A DNA stretch of 64,000 nucleotides from Tubulanus polymorphus (Eukaryota > Animalia > Nemertea). The position numbers were made by a program, and so were the translations under genes. The stretch spans positions 17,380,110-17,444,109 of the forward strand of contig NC_134030.1 of the NCBI RefSeq assembly GCF_964204645.1. Direction: 5' to 3'. The notes below the pieces were generated by a model. That model made no database searches. It was not told where the DNA came from and worked only from the letters and a program-made list of their open reading frames with translations. Shown here piece after piece: positions 23,586-34,329 of the stretch (positions are counted from its first letter, which is position 1; each line of letters opens with the position of its first letter).

Positions 23586-24407
23586 ATGTCGGGGTCAATT
23601 ACGGTGAGGTGCACAAACAAACGTCGTAGCACTGGTTATTGGAGTACACTACCCCGAAAAAGGTGTCTCACTACTGTGAGTATAGCACCCGCAACACCTA
23701 CCATCACAACTGCTTCCCCTGGGACCAGTGCTGGGACTCCAACTTCTCAGTCTTCAGACTTTGACTTTTTGGATAGTTGTTTGTATTGTGAGGGCCCAAC
23801 GTTAGCGGTTTTTCAGGACCAGGTAAATTGTACTTGCTCGTTTTCAGTGACCCCTTCTCCGCCCCTAAGTCCTTCGGGTACGGATTCGATCCGAGATAGC
23901 TCGATACGGACTGGTGAACCTTTCACACGGCCGCCGTCATCAGCTGGATCAACCGGTTCCAGCGACTCAAGCTTTTCGTGCTGTTGTTCGGTGCCGCCTG
24001 GTTCACCTATAGGGTTTGATCAGTTCGACTTAGAGCAACCGGCAGACCTGTCTGCAACTCGATCTTTAAACAGACCATTAGCAATTGTTACGCCTGTAGC
24101 GGGCCAACTGTTGGGCGGACATTTGGGCGCACCTGTCCAAAGTTTTCCACTAGACCTGTCCTTAGGTGCGTCTGCGGTTGACCAACCGTTGGATCTGTCG
24201 CCCAGCGGGGGTTTAGGCCGATTTTCGGAAAGTCAGTCTGCCCTTGGCCCTTGCACCTCGTGGACTTTTGAGGAGATTGATGACATTCTTTCGTCATTTT
24301 TAAGGGAAGAGTTTACGGTGGAGGAGGTTGCCCGTACTTGGGAAAACCTACTTTGTTGGGCTGATCGCCAGGATCAGGTTTGGAATTTAAAAGTAGCATC
24401 ATCGTAG
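23586..24407 (+). CDS. Accessory ORF3: S/P/T-rich protein with three PxDLS motifs and an acidic C-terminal helix
   Basis: 273-aa ORF; PADLS, PLDLS, PLDLS; homolog in copy 1 (3380-4179). Confidence 0.7.
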   Translation: MSGSITVRCTNKRRSTGYWSTLPRKRCLTTVSIAPATPTITTASPGTSAGTPTSQSSDFDFLDSCLYCEGPTLAVFQDQVNCTCSFSVTPSPPLSPSGTDSIRDSSIRTGEPFTRPPSSAGSTGSSDSSFSCCCSVPPGSPIGFDQFDLEQPADLSATRSLNRPLAIVTPVAGQLLGGHLGAPVQSFPLDLSLGASAVDQPLDLSPSGGLGRFSESQSALGPCTSWTFEEIDDILSSFLREEFTVEEVARTWENLLCWADRQDQVWNLKVASS

Positions 24408-24441
24408 GGATAATAATAATTTGATTACTCTGGTTTAGAAA

Positions 24442-25539
24442 ATGGCAACTAGAAGCGGGACAACATACGGGTCGGACGATGCGGGTGGCTTGCAGGGGCA
24501 AACCTCTACAGGAGGGAACCCACAGGGTCACCCCCCAATTAGCAATGACACGGTTTTAGAGGCCCTCTCGGGCTTACGCGAACAGGTGGACACGGCCACC
24601 GCGTTTATGAACTTCTCCATGCTCCCGAAATTTACAGGACGAGACAGTCAGTGCGTCTCTGATTGGTTCAGAGGGTTCAATCGTTTGGCCGATCTGAGAG
24701 GCTGGGACAAAAATGCCAAAAAGAAACAGTTAGATTGGTTTTTGGCTGGCCCAGCCCTAGTTCTATTCAATGACCTCCGCATTGATCAGGCGACCGATTC
24801 GACCGGCACAAAAATTACCACTCCCTGGGAAAATATTGTCCGTGCGTTTTGCGCGCAATTTAGCCCTACCTCGTGGGCTTTGGACAAGGAGTCGGCTTTG
24901 ACGACGATGCGACAGGGGGAGACACAACCGGTCGATAGGTTTGCGGAAGAGATTGATCGTGTGGCCTCGAGTTTGAAATTTTCGGACCACCAGAAAAATA
25001 TGTTACTAATTAACAACTCACGCCCTGACATCTCTGTCTACCTGTTGTCACAGCGTCCGACGACATTTAGGGATGCATGGGAGGCAGCCAGAATGGCGGA
25101 GCATATCGAACAACGTAAAGCTCTGTCGTCTCCCAAGGTATCGCAAATTGGGACCGAACCAAATAAAGCGATGGGTGACGTTATGGCTGAATTACGGGAC
25201 ATGTTCCGCCAAATTATGGACATCCAGAAGTCTACCCGTACTCAGCGGAATGATAGAGCCACATTTTATAGCGAAAGCCGCCCGTCACAAAGGTCACAAG
25301 ATGGCCAGGTGGTGTGCTTTCAATGTCACGCCCCTGGTCATTACGCCAGGAATTGCCCGACGTGGCGTTACGACCAACAAAGGTCACCAAACCGGGACGC
25401 ATTTCAGCGTGATAATCGCCGTCCCCAAAATGCTAGTAGGGGTCACTTTCGGTCACAGAATCTTGGGCGTGATTCCCAGCGGGTTAATCGAACATTTGGC
25501 CATGGAAACGACCGGAGACCTCATCCTATGGACCGATAA
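24442..25539 (+). CDS. gag: Gag (Gypsy-type capsid + CCHC zinc knuckle)
   Basis: LPKFTG..SDWFRGF..A...GW....KK..L...L.G.A; MRQGETQPVDRF; CFQCHAPGHYARNC. Confidence 0.93.
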   Translation: MATRSGTTYGSDDAGGLQGQTSTGGNPQGHPPISNDTVLEALSGLREQVDTATAFMNFSMLPKFTGRDSQCVSDWFRGFNRLADLRGWDKNAKKKQLDWFLAGPALVLFNDLRIDQATDSTGTKITTPWENIVRAFCAQFSPTSWALDKESALTTMRQGETQPVDRFAEEIDRVASSLKFSDHQKNMLLINNSRPDISVYLLSQRPTTFRDAWEAARMAEHIEQRKALSSPKVSQIGTEPNKAMGDVMAELRDMFRQIMDIQKSTRTQRNDRATFYSESRPSQRSQDGQVVCFQCHAPGHYARNCPTWRYDQQRSPNRDAFQRDNRRPQNASRGHFRSQNLGRDSQRVNRTFGHGNDRRPHPMDR

Positions 25540-25549
25540 GGGTGGGGTC
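25503..25549 (+). promoter_or_regulatory. Predicted -1 ribosomal frameshift cassette
   Basis: T GGA AAC (GGGAAAC in the other copies), 7-nt spacer, 11-bp stem 25517-25549. Confidence 0.7.
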
Positions 25550-25672
25550 ACGCAATGAATGGTCAACTGAGCCCTCGCCGGACTCGTTAATAAGGAGTGA
25601 TTATTGGTGGGATGACACATATTCGGGTTATCATAGTTATGATGATGACAGTCCGGTAATTGATGATTATAT

Positions 25673-25716
<44 letters not shown>

Positions 25717-26759
25717 ATTATTATTTAGAGGACGATAGGGATGATATATTTGACATGTCATTTGATCAGGGCGACATGCTAGCTGACTCATTTTCTCTTT
25801 ATTTTGAACCTGAGGGGAACTGTAATGCAGATTACTTAGATGACACTGAACCTTTACATTTAGATAAGTTTATTGATTATCACACTCCTTCATGGGGTGC
25901 CGATGACGTTTATGACATTCAAGATCGTAACTTTGGGGATAGCTGGAGGGACAATTCTCAGTTGTCGTTAGATGGAAATTTTTATATGGATCAGGGATCC
26001 AATTTTGAGGACATCTGGAAGGACAATTCCCAGTTGTCGGCTACTTACGGGCATATAAATAGACACAGGAGGGTTACGTTTAGCGATCCGGTTAAATTGC
26101 AGGAGGTACGTGCTGATATGGCGTGCTCAGGTGACAATATTTGTATTGATAGGTCACACCCTAGAGGGGTTAATGGTCCGACGGATTCGGCAGAAGATGA
26201 CCTTTTTAGAGATAGGAAGTCTCATTTAGATTGTCACGAAGGCGCTTTTGATCAGTATAGGTACCCAGCAACCTCCGAATCAGCAATACAATGTGATCTT
26301 GTGTCATCAGATTCAAGTAGTAGTAATAATTCACGATCGGAATGTCTTAATGATCAGAGTAATATGGAAACTATTTTGTCAAAGATATCTAGTCAGGAGT
26401 CAATGTCGGAGAATTTGTGTCACTCGTTTGAAAGAGGACAGAACTTTCCTGTCACCTCAAATGCCAGCAGTTTTCACCATCCAGTTAGGGATGGCATGTC
26501 CCATGAACAGGACAGAGGTCAAGTTGTCCTCACGTCTAAACCGAATATGCAAATCAACGAAAAGGTTGGGATAGGAGATTCGAACTCCGATTGTCAACCA
26601 ACTGTTCACTGTCAGGAACAATTTCCACCTGTTACGATGACTTTAGGTAACACGTCAACCAACGACATAGGGTCCTTTTCCAGTCAGAACAACACTATTG
26701 GACAGGAGGCTTATTCCCCGTCAAATCATGGCAACTGCCGCCAACCGAGTGACTGGTAG
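25542..26759 (+). CDS. Acidic, low-complexity ORF with a poly-Asp (GAT)n tract, in the -1 frame of gag
   Basis: 405-aa ORF; homologs at 43699-44820 and ~7080-7330. Confidence 0.7.
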
Positions 26760-27519
26760 TCATTCAGGGACACCGTTAAACATTTTGATTGATACGGGTG
26801 CCGATATTTCTGTAGTGTCAAACAATTACTTCATCAATCATCCTCAGATATCGAATGGCCCTTTGCAGGAGGGACAATTTCAGTCCGCCCGTGGGGTAGA
26901 TGGTACTAAGTTTTATTTAAAAGGTGTTATTTCCGTAGATTTTGTATTAGGAAATTTGGACGTGTCACATTCTATGTACGTGGTGGATGGAGTCACCTCG
27001 GACTTCATTCTCGGAGTTGATTTCCTGGAACGAAACCAGGCAGTTATCGATTATGCTAAAAAGGCTCTCTTGTTGCCAGGCGCCGACATAATTTACTTTA
27101 GTAATGATGTCATCTTGGGGAAATCTTCGTCGGTTAAAGTCACGCGTATGACTGTTATTCCCCCTTCATGCGATGTCACCGTAGACCGTAAGTGGTTAAT
27201 TGACAAGTCTCAGTCATCGATTGCAGCCTTTGAGCCTGTACATGATTTGAGAATGCGTGATCGCATGAGCGCAAGGTCAGTTGTTAGCGTCATGCCATCA
27301 AGGCATCGGTTTCGAGTCACGAACCCTACGTCACGACACGTCACCCTCTTTGAAGATACGTGTCGTAGTGATTCGTGGACAGATGGGTGGTCACTTGACC
27401 GATCACTCAAAACAGAGGCGAAGTCAGGACAGCTTCCTCGGCCACCGGAGGTGTCTATCACACATGTGGAAGACCCTCAGACGTCAGACAAAATTTGTAA
27501 GTATAATCGAATTATTTAG
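26698..27519 (+). CDS. Retropepsin aspartic protease plus linker; no downstream RT
   Basis: LIDTGADISV and DFILGVDFL motifs. Confidence 0.9.
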   Translation: MDRRLIPRQIMATAANRVTGSHSGTPLNILIDTGADISVVSNNYFINHPQISNGPLQEGQFQSARGVDGTKFYLKGVISVDFVLGNLDVSHSMYVVDGVTSDFILGVDFLERNQAVIDYAKKALLLPGADIIYFSNDVILGKSSSVKVTRMTVIPPSCDVTVDRKWLIDKSQSSIAAFEPVHDLRMRDRMSARSVVSVMPSRHRFRVTNPTSRHVTLFEDTCRSDSWTDGWSLDRSLKTEAKSGQLPRPPEVSITHVEDPQTSDKICKYNRII

Positions 27520-28972
27520 AGTTTGGATCAAGATGCATACGTCCTATTGAAAATTATGAATTGTATACGGTAAGCGTCTCTTCAGTAAGTTATCGAAATA
27601 TAATTACTTAAGTGTTGTAAAACTGAAGTATATATAACGCATTGTTGCCAATGAGTTAACTCCTGATCTGGGTTTAATCTAATACAGGAGATAAAGACAA
27701 CTATAAATAAAAGTGAATAATAGCTTGATTGTCGTGATATTGGTTTTTTTTTGCTGAAATATCACTAGTCTCTAGGGTTTATTATCTGTAGTCTGAATGG
27801 ATGTCATTAATTGTCAGTTAGAAAAGAAAGAGTTATGATATGTTTGAATAATCTCTGTATTATTATGATATTAATTGTAGGATACCCGTATCGGATGTGT
27901 TGGAATGAGACCGCCGAAGATACGATAGCACTTAGATGGAAGAATGCCTTCTTCTGTCAACCGCAATAGATGTTGATGGGTACCCCCCTGATAGTGACCA
28001 TATGGAGATGGGGACTTGTTGGGAGGTATCCTGAAACTCTATTCGATGCAACTGATAGTTGAAAAACCAGCAACTGGTATGCTCTGGCCGAGATGGGTGA
28101 TATTAATTCACCGATTCGTCAATTAACGAGGAAAAAGGAACAACTATATACAGCCTACAACAACGATCTAGGGCGTTGCCGTTTCAACGGGATGGAATTA
28201 TGCTCGATGATTAGTCATGCGATTCTGGCCATTGTTAGTGGTGTTTGTCACTCTCGAAGACCTGTTATATACTCACAAACTTAAGTGATGAAGGGTGGAC
28301 AAAGACACCTGGCCAATGCGATACGAAATATGAAGAAAAGTGATAATTTCCGTAGACATTTTAGCGGAGTAAAGCCGAGTGTGTTCAAGATGGCTCCCGT
28401 GTAGTTACATTAACATTCGATGGAATGTTGTTCGCTCAAGCCGTAAGATGCGAATACATTACTGTTCCGTTTCTATATTAACTGTGGAGAAAAGACTCCG
28501 ATATAGTAACCGTAGTACTATAGCGTCTATGAATAGCGAGCATTTGCCGTACTATCAACGTAGCAGTACGCGCTGCGAGGAACTGCGGTGGATGACGTCA
28601 TTCGTCCGTCCATGACGTACTTTGTTGTGTCTGGTAGCTGTTGCGTCACTTCGCGGTAAATTCTAAACTCAAACTGTGAACTGTTTTGTGCTTAACTTTC
28701 GACTGTTTAGTGTGCGGGGACAGCGGTCTCGAATGAACTTTTTTCCGATTGGGTATCCAGAACTTTAAATGCGGTTTTATGATAAACTATATCCTGAACT
28801 TTAATACGCGTTTGTTGTGTTGAACTTTTAAACAGTTACTCGTTGCATGAATTGTTTTTTTTTGTAATTGATGTTCTTTTTCAGGATCTGTCTAGGGAAG
28901 TTTCAGCGCGATTTTCATGAGTCAGTCTAAATTCAAAATTTCGGGACGAAATTTAAGCTGGATGGGGAGTGA

Positions 28973-30251
28973 TGATCCGCAGCAAGATTCCGTAGTAACT
29001 AAAAAATGTTTGTAATGTTGGTTTTTGTTTGCGTTGGTGGTTTCTTTATGGGTATCAGACAACAAACGATGTAGTCTAAAATTGTGCAAGTTGTTGTTTG
29101 ATGCTTTGATCTATCAGCGCTGACAATAAATCAGCCTGGTGCAAAAATAATTCTTTCTCGGTTCTTGTGCTGCGATATCTGGCAAACATTCAGAATCATT
29201 TTTAAACTTAAGAATAGACGGAACCGTAATTGGTTGGGTCGGAACAATGAGGTGCTTTGATAATGTGGTTTGTGCAGGGATCTCGCTGTTACTTCTTGAT
29301 ACTCCCGACTACTTTCTATAAAAGGAAGAACCGGAGGTATAGGAAGACATTGTTGTTTTGCTTTATCCTGTATTATAATAGAATTAGTTAAATTATAAAT
29401 GAAAATTGGTATAATAAGTATAGAATGATTTTAGATTTGATAATTAATTACATTGTATTTCTGAATCAAAAGTTTACTATTGTTAATTGGAAAAAGAAAC
29501 GATGAGTTTGTTCCATAATCTAGGTGAAAACTAAGTTTTGAAAATATATCTAAATTAAGTATCCTGGATGTTAATTAAGGACAAGACCTTCATAATCGCT
29601 TAAGTTTTATGGAAGTTTAATTGTGGCAAATATCAATACTAGCTCTCTAAAGTTTCTGTTGGTGTACATGTCTGTTGGTAACTCGTAGAGAATAGCTGCT
29701 CTCTCAACAATGATAAGCAAGGAGTGAGTAAATCGAAGCGCGTCATGACAGGAGGGTTGAAAAGAAAAGTTACTTTGGCAAATCAGTTTCTCAAATAATT
29801 TTAGATTAGCGAATCATTAAGGCTAATTCTACATGTCCAAAACCGTCATGACAGCTAGGTTGCTGCTCCTTGCCAAAAGTCGAACGGGAGAGTCGGCATT
29901 CTAGGAATGCCGATCTTTTCTATAAAAGAGGCCCGCAGTCTTGAGAAAGCAGACCTACTAGGGACGCTCGTTAAGATACTTGAGATTTGGGTTGAAATAC
30001 CAGAATTAAGACGGGTTACCAACAGTAGTGTACAATAGGAATTTAGAGTTAGGAATTGGACTGTGTGCTATCTGGAGATATTACTATTATCAAGGTAAAT
30101 AAAATCTATTTTATTATTATTATATTCAATCAGAATTTCGGCATTTTAGTTTGATTATTTGGGTTTGTGCACGGACACGTTCTCTCGCCAGGGACCGATC
30201 TTTACGTTTTTATATTCAACGATTAAGGAGAGGATTGTGACCGGTGTATCA
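28973..30251 (+). repeat. 3' LTR of family A copy 2
   Basis: Direct repeat of the 5' LTR, followed by TSD ATAC. Confidence 0.97.
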
Positions 30252-30328
30252 ATACCATTCATTGTGGGAATTGTAATCATTGGATAAGTTAAAATAAATG
30301 AGTTCGAGGGTTGGAAAAATAGTATATA

Positions 30329-30884
30329 TGTAATCTCTTCGGTGCGGTTGAGAAGGGGAGCAGACCGGCAGGTATCATGACGTCGAGGGTCGGGTTAAAG
30401 TTAGCAGCGAATGAAAAGTCTAGGAATCAGGACCCCGGCTCTGCGTCGTGGTGCTGCGTTGGTTGCTCGTTCCCTTTTACGGCTGGCCGCAAGCAGGGTT
30501 CTGGATTTTTCTTGGGTGTGGACGCAGCCGTATAAAAGGGGCCGCACCTCGAGAGAGAGCGGACTCTTTTAGAAAGCATTTTCAGGGGAAGCATTAGAAG
30601 ACTATAGAACAGATAACTTTCGGCTATCCGGTTGAATTGCATCTTCTTGTGTGCGGGATTTGTAACAAAATTCTAATTAAAAGGTAGGGAATTTTATAAA
30701 TTGTTGAGACTATAGTTCAGCTAAAATTGTAGAATTAAAGTTGAGTATTATCATATTCAAATCCGGAGTTCCTTTTATTCCTTGGTTTTCGGGTTTCTGT
30801 GTTCGTGGTCGACTTTCTCGCCAGGGACCGGAGTTTGTAATAGAGGAAAAAGACAATAGAGATAGGGACCGCGGAACAGTATCA
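30329..30884 (+). mobile_element. Probable solo LTR of another family
   Basis: TGTAA...GTATCA; TATAAAAGGGG box; CTCGCCAGGGACCG U5 motif shared with family A; no TSD seen. Confidence 0.55.
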
Positions 30885-31370
30885 TAGCCTATCACGTATT
30901 CTCTCGTCACACCATTCCACCGAGCTATGTAAAGGATTTATACGTATGTTATACGTCACCAGTTTATTACTTGTTTACTACTTAAACATACTAGAGTTCA
31001 AAGCTGCCGCTGTAACCAGCATCCCTACGCAGATGCCCACGTCACTTTCACATATCTTCTATTCAGTGTCTTATGTGCGACGTAAGTGTTCACGTAGGTT
31101 GTTTATTAACTTCAGCCACTGCCCTGAACTCTGGCTTCCCTCCCCGTTATGCAAACTAATTGTGAACTTATTTATCACTCCAATACTATCCCCCTATCCA
31201 GACGATTGGTCCCCAATCGCTAAAAATTCTTAAGACCCTATTGTATTTTCCCCAAAAAAGTTTTCAAAAGTGCATAGGCTTTAGAACATCATTCATAAGC
31301 AACATCTCTTACTACTTAAATTCAGCCGCAAGGTAATGAAAATTACGAAACCTTCAGAATATCAAGACTA

Positions 31371-34184
31371 AATATAGCTGCTAAGCAGCGATGACGGGTT
31401 TTCTGCAGAGCCATTCAGAATGATGGGAATTGTAGTAAATTGAAATGCCGATACATAGAATGAAATGCATTGACAGATTCGAACCTAATATGCAACCACT
31501 GTGTAAAAGGTCAAATATGATTCAGCTTTGAAACCGAACATACGCGGGCGTACAATCAACAAATATGAATTTATTTGACCAGGCATTTTTTTGGCATTCA
31601 AACATCATGATACTGTTTTATCACCATGCTTAACTAAGGGTCCAGGGACACCATGCCCACTTGGGAAGTGGTTTCAAATGCTCAACAATCTAACAATTTC
31701 GATATTCAACGCCCCCTGGTGACCATATACAAAAACAAATGACCTTGAAACTCACCACAATCATAGAACATGTCATATGCAACGATTTTGTAATTGATTG
31801 TGATAACAAAATATTCTCGTTACCAATTTAGTATGGTAATACTAAGTTATTCTACAATTCAACGCCCCCTGGTGCCCATATTCAAAACCCAATGACCTTG
31901 AAACTCGCCACAATCATAGAACATGCCATGAACTACAACTTTGCAATTGATGATGTTAACAAAATATGCCTAGGCACCAATATAATAAGGAAATAAGTTA
32001 TTCTACTATTCAATGCCCCCCCCCTGGTGACCATATAGAATAACTAATGTCGTTTGAACAGACCACAATCATAGGCGATGTCATGAGCTACAACTTTGCA
32101 ATTGATTGTGGTAACAAAATATGCATTGGTACAAATATAATATAGAAATACTAAGATATTATATTATTCAACGCCCCTTGGTGGCCATATAAAAACACTA
32201 ATGACCTTGAAACTCACCACAATCATAGAAAACCTTATAATCTACAACTTTCTAATTCATTGCGGTACCAAATATGCTAAGGTATCAATATAATGTCGAA
32301 AAACTTTTTCCCACCGAATGAGTACCGATAACACCAAGATGGCCGCCAATTGCGTCATAATTGGCTGATCAAATATACCTACCTCAGGTATAAACCATCC
32401 CTTTCCAAAGAATACCCATCAGCAATTGCAATGACAAATGGCAAATCAGTAGGAAGCTAGAGGACTCAGAATTCGGACCTAAATTGACAATTTTGGGCAC
32501 TAAAAAGGTCATAGGACGGCCATCTGTAGTCCGATCGACCCACTTTTGTTATTCTTATGGGCCCTGGGGAGATTCAAATATATAGGAAAGATCAAGGTAA
32601 TTGATCAAAGCGTCTTCAAAATTTCCCTCAAAAAGTTCAAAAACGTATAAAAAGTGCTGATTTTGGCAAACAACAATGGCTGCCAGTCGGCCATCTTGAT
32701 TCTGACAGGGCCAGTTTTTGGACTGAAGATGTGTCTAAGGTAGATACATGTGTAACCCAAATATCAAGACTTTACATAGAAGCGTCTTCAAAACTTCCCA
32801 AAATAACTGGATTCCGTCTACGGACGGACGTACGACGGACGAAAATTGAACGCAATAGCTCGTTGGGACTAAAGTCCCATGTGGGCTAAAAATGGATCTG
32901 TCCTATTATGAACTCATCTTTAGCACCTGCTGAGTCGATAGATTGAGTGAATTTACAGATAAAAACGTATTATGATTTGGAATAGATTTAAGAAGATAAT
33001 CTATTTATTGAAATATTTGAATAAATACATATATTGTAGTGTAGATTCAATCAATAAATTATGAATGGATTTGGTCTGGGTTTCCGCCTGATGTTGATTT
33101 TGGCCTTTATGGAATTACAAATTCTAAAGTGATAAACAATTTATACCTGCAACATGTGTGTAAATCAAACCTATCCCACTAGTTGCGTGTGTTTCCTAAT
33201 AAACGGGAGAGTTACTCTTGATCTGAGTTATTAGAAAAATAATGTTCATATATTTATAGAAATTTATTGCCTTTTTGAAAATTCTATAATAATATTTGTT
33301 CTGTCCTAATTTTTATGACCGTATGAACCAATGATATGCTATGTAAATATGATGTAATAAAATAAATTTGAATTTGAATTAAATTTGAATATGAGAATCA
33401 AGCATAACTTGTGTCTTTTCAACTTGTCTTACTTGTCTCTTGTTAACAGTTCCAGAGTTTCGATTACAATCAAATCCAAATTGGCTAAAAAGTATATAAG
33501 ACTAAATGAAATGAACTGTTAGTCACCGCAAAGGTTATGGCTGTTCGAATATCACGGATACCGGATACCGGACACCTAAATACCGGATACCGGATATTCG
33601 AGATTGCGGAGTATATAGCGCATCGGGTCTAAGGAGTCATTTTTTCAAAAGTAAAACGCCCCCCTGGTGGGTGAACGGGGTCTCCAATCAAAGATCCTTA
33701 GACTTACCTTGAGGTACCTGTGTTCCGTACAACTCACAAAAGTTTCAAGTAAATCCGTCAGGGAATATTGTAATGCTAGCAGAATATAGTCATCCAGGCT
33801 CTCGCGTATAGATAGCTGCATTCATTAGCTCTATCTAGGGAAGTTACTGCAAGGATGCTATTGCTTGTATGCGGCATAAACAAGGCTATAAAAATTCCTC
33901 AGTTGCGTTCACTCGAGACTGGCCACATTCAGTGCGCCTCATATATAGTAGCATAGATAAAAAATACTAAAAAACTACAGATCTAGTACACAGCTCTATC
34001 ACTGCTTATGGGACACTGGCACAAACACACGTACTGACGCGCTGTGGGAATGACACATAGGCAATACACATATGTAGATGCATATCGGGCTTAAATTTCG
34101 ATGTTTAGAGGCTCACAGTGAGTAAACAGTGAAAGTAAGTTGCAGTTGTTTATATCCTTTCAGTAAGATCCAGTGTGAAAAAGA

Positions 34185-34236
<52 letters not shown>

Positions 34237-34281
34237 CAGCAGGAATACAATAGGGTTTCTGCGAAGGCAGCAGAAACCCTA
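31371..34281 (+). mobile_element. HINE/Helentron-like non-autonomous element hosting nested insertions
   Basis: 5' hairpin GCTGCTAAGCAGC; 3' (AAT)n followed by palindrome TAGGGTTTCTGC..GCAGAAACCCTA; a second copy starts at ~34330. Linking the two ends is inferred. Confidence 0.5.
31632..32890 (+). mobile_element. HINE-like element copy 1 with four ~154-bp tandem units
   Basis: AACTAAGGGTCC start, tandem core, (GACG)n, hairpin GGGACTAAAGTCCC, end GGGCTAAAAA; inserted in an A-run with no TSD. Confidence 0.85.
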
Positions 34282-34329
34282 ATTATTATTATTATCATTA
34301 TTATTACTATTATTATTATTATTATTATT

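Larger units (their letters stand above)
21075..30251 (+). mobile_element. Family A non-autonomous Gypsy-like LTR retrotransposon, intact young copy 2
   Basis: 1279-bp LTRs 21075-22353 and 28973-30251 (TG...CA, about 10 differences by eye); TSD ATAC (21071-74, 30252-55); PBS; PPT GGATGGGGAG preceded by TTTCGGGACGAAA; gag and PR present, no RT/RH/IN. Confidence 0.97.

Noticed and set aside
25453-25791. Poly-His ORF on the minus strand
   Set aside because: Antisense shadow of the (GAT)n Asp tract
27880-28120. Integrase remnant or antisense ORF (45800-46114 in copy 3)
   Set aside because: Frame not conserved between copies and no DDE motif discernible
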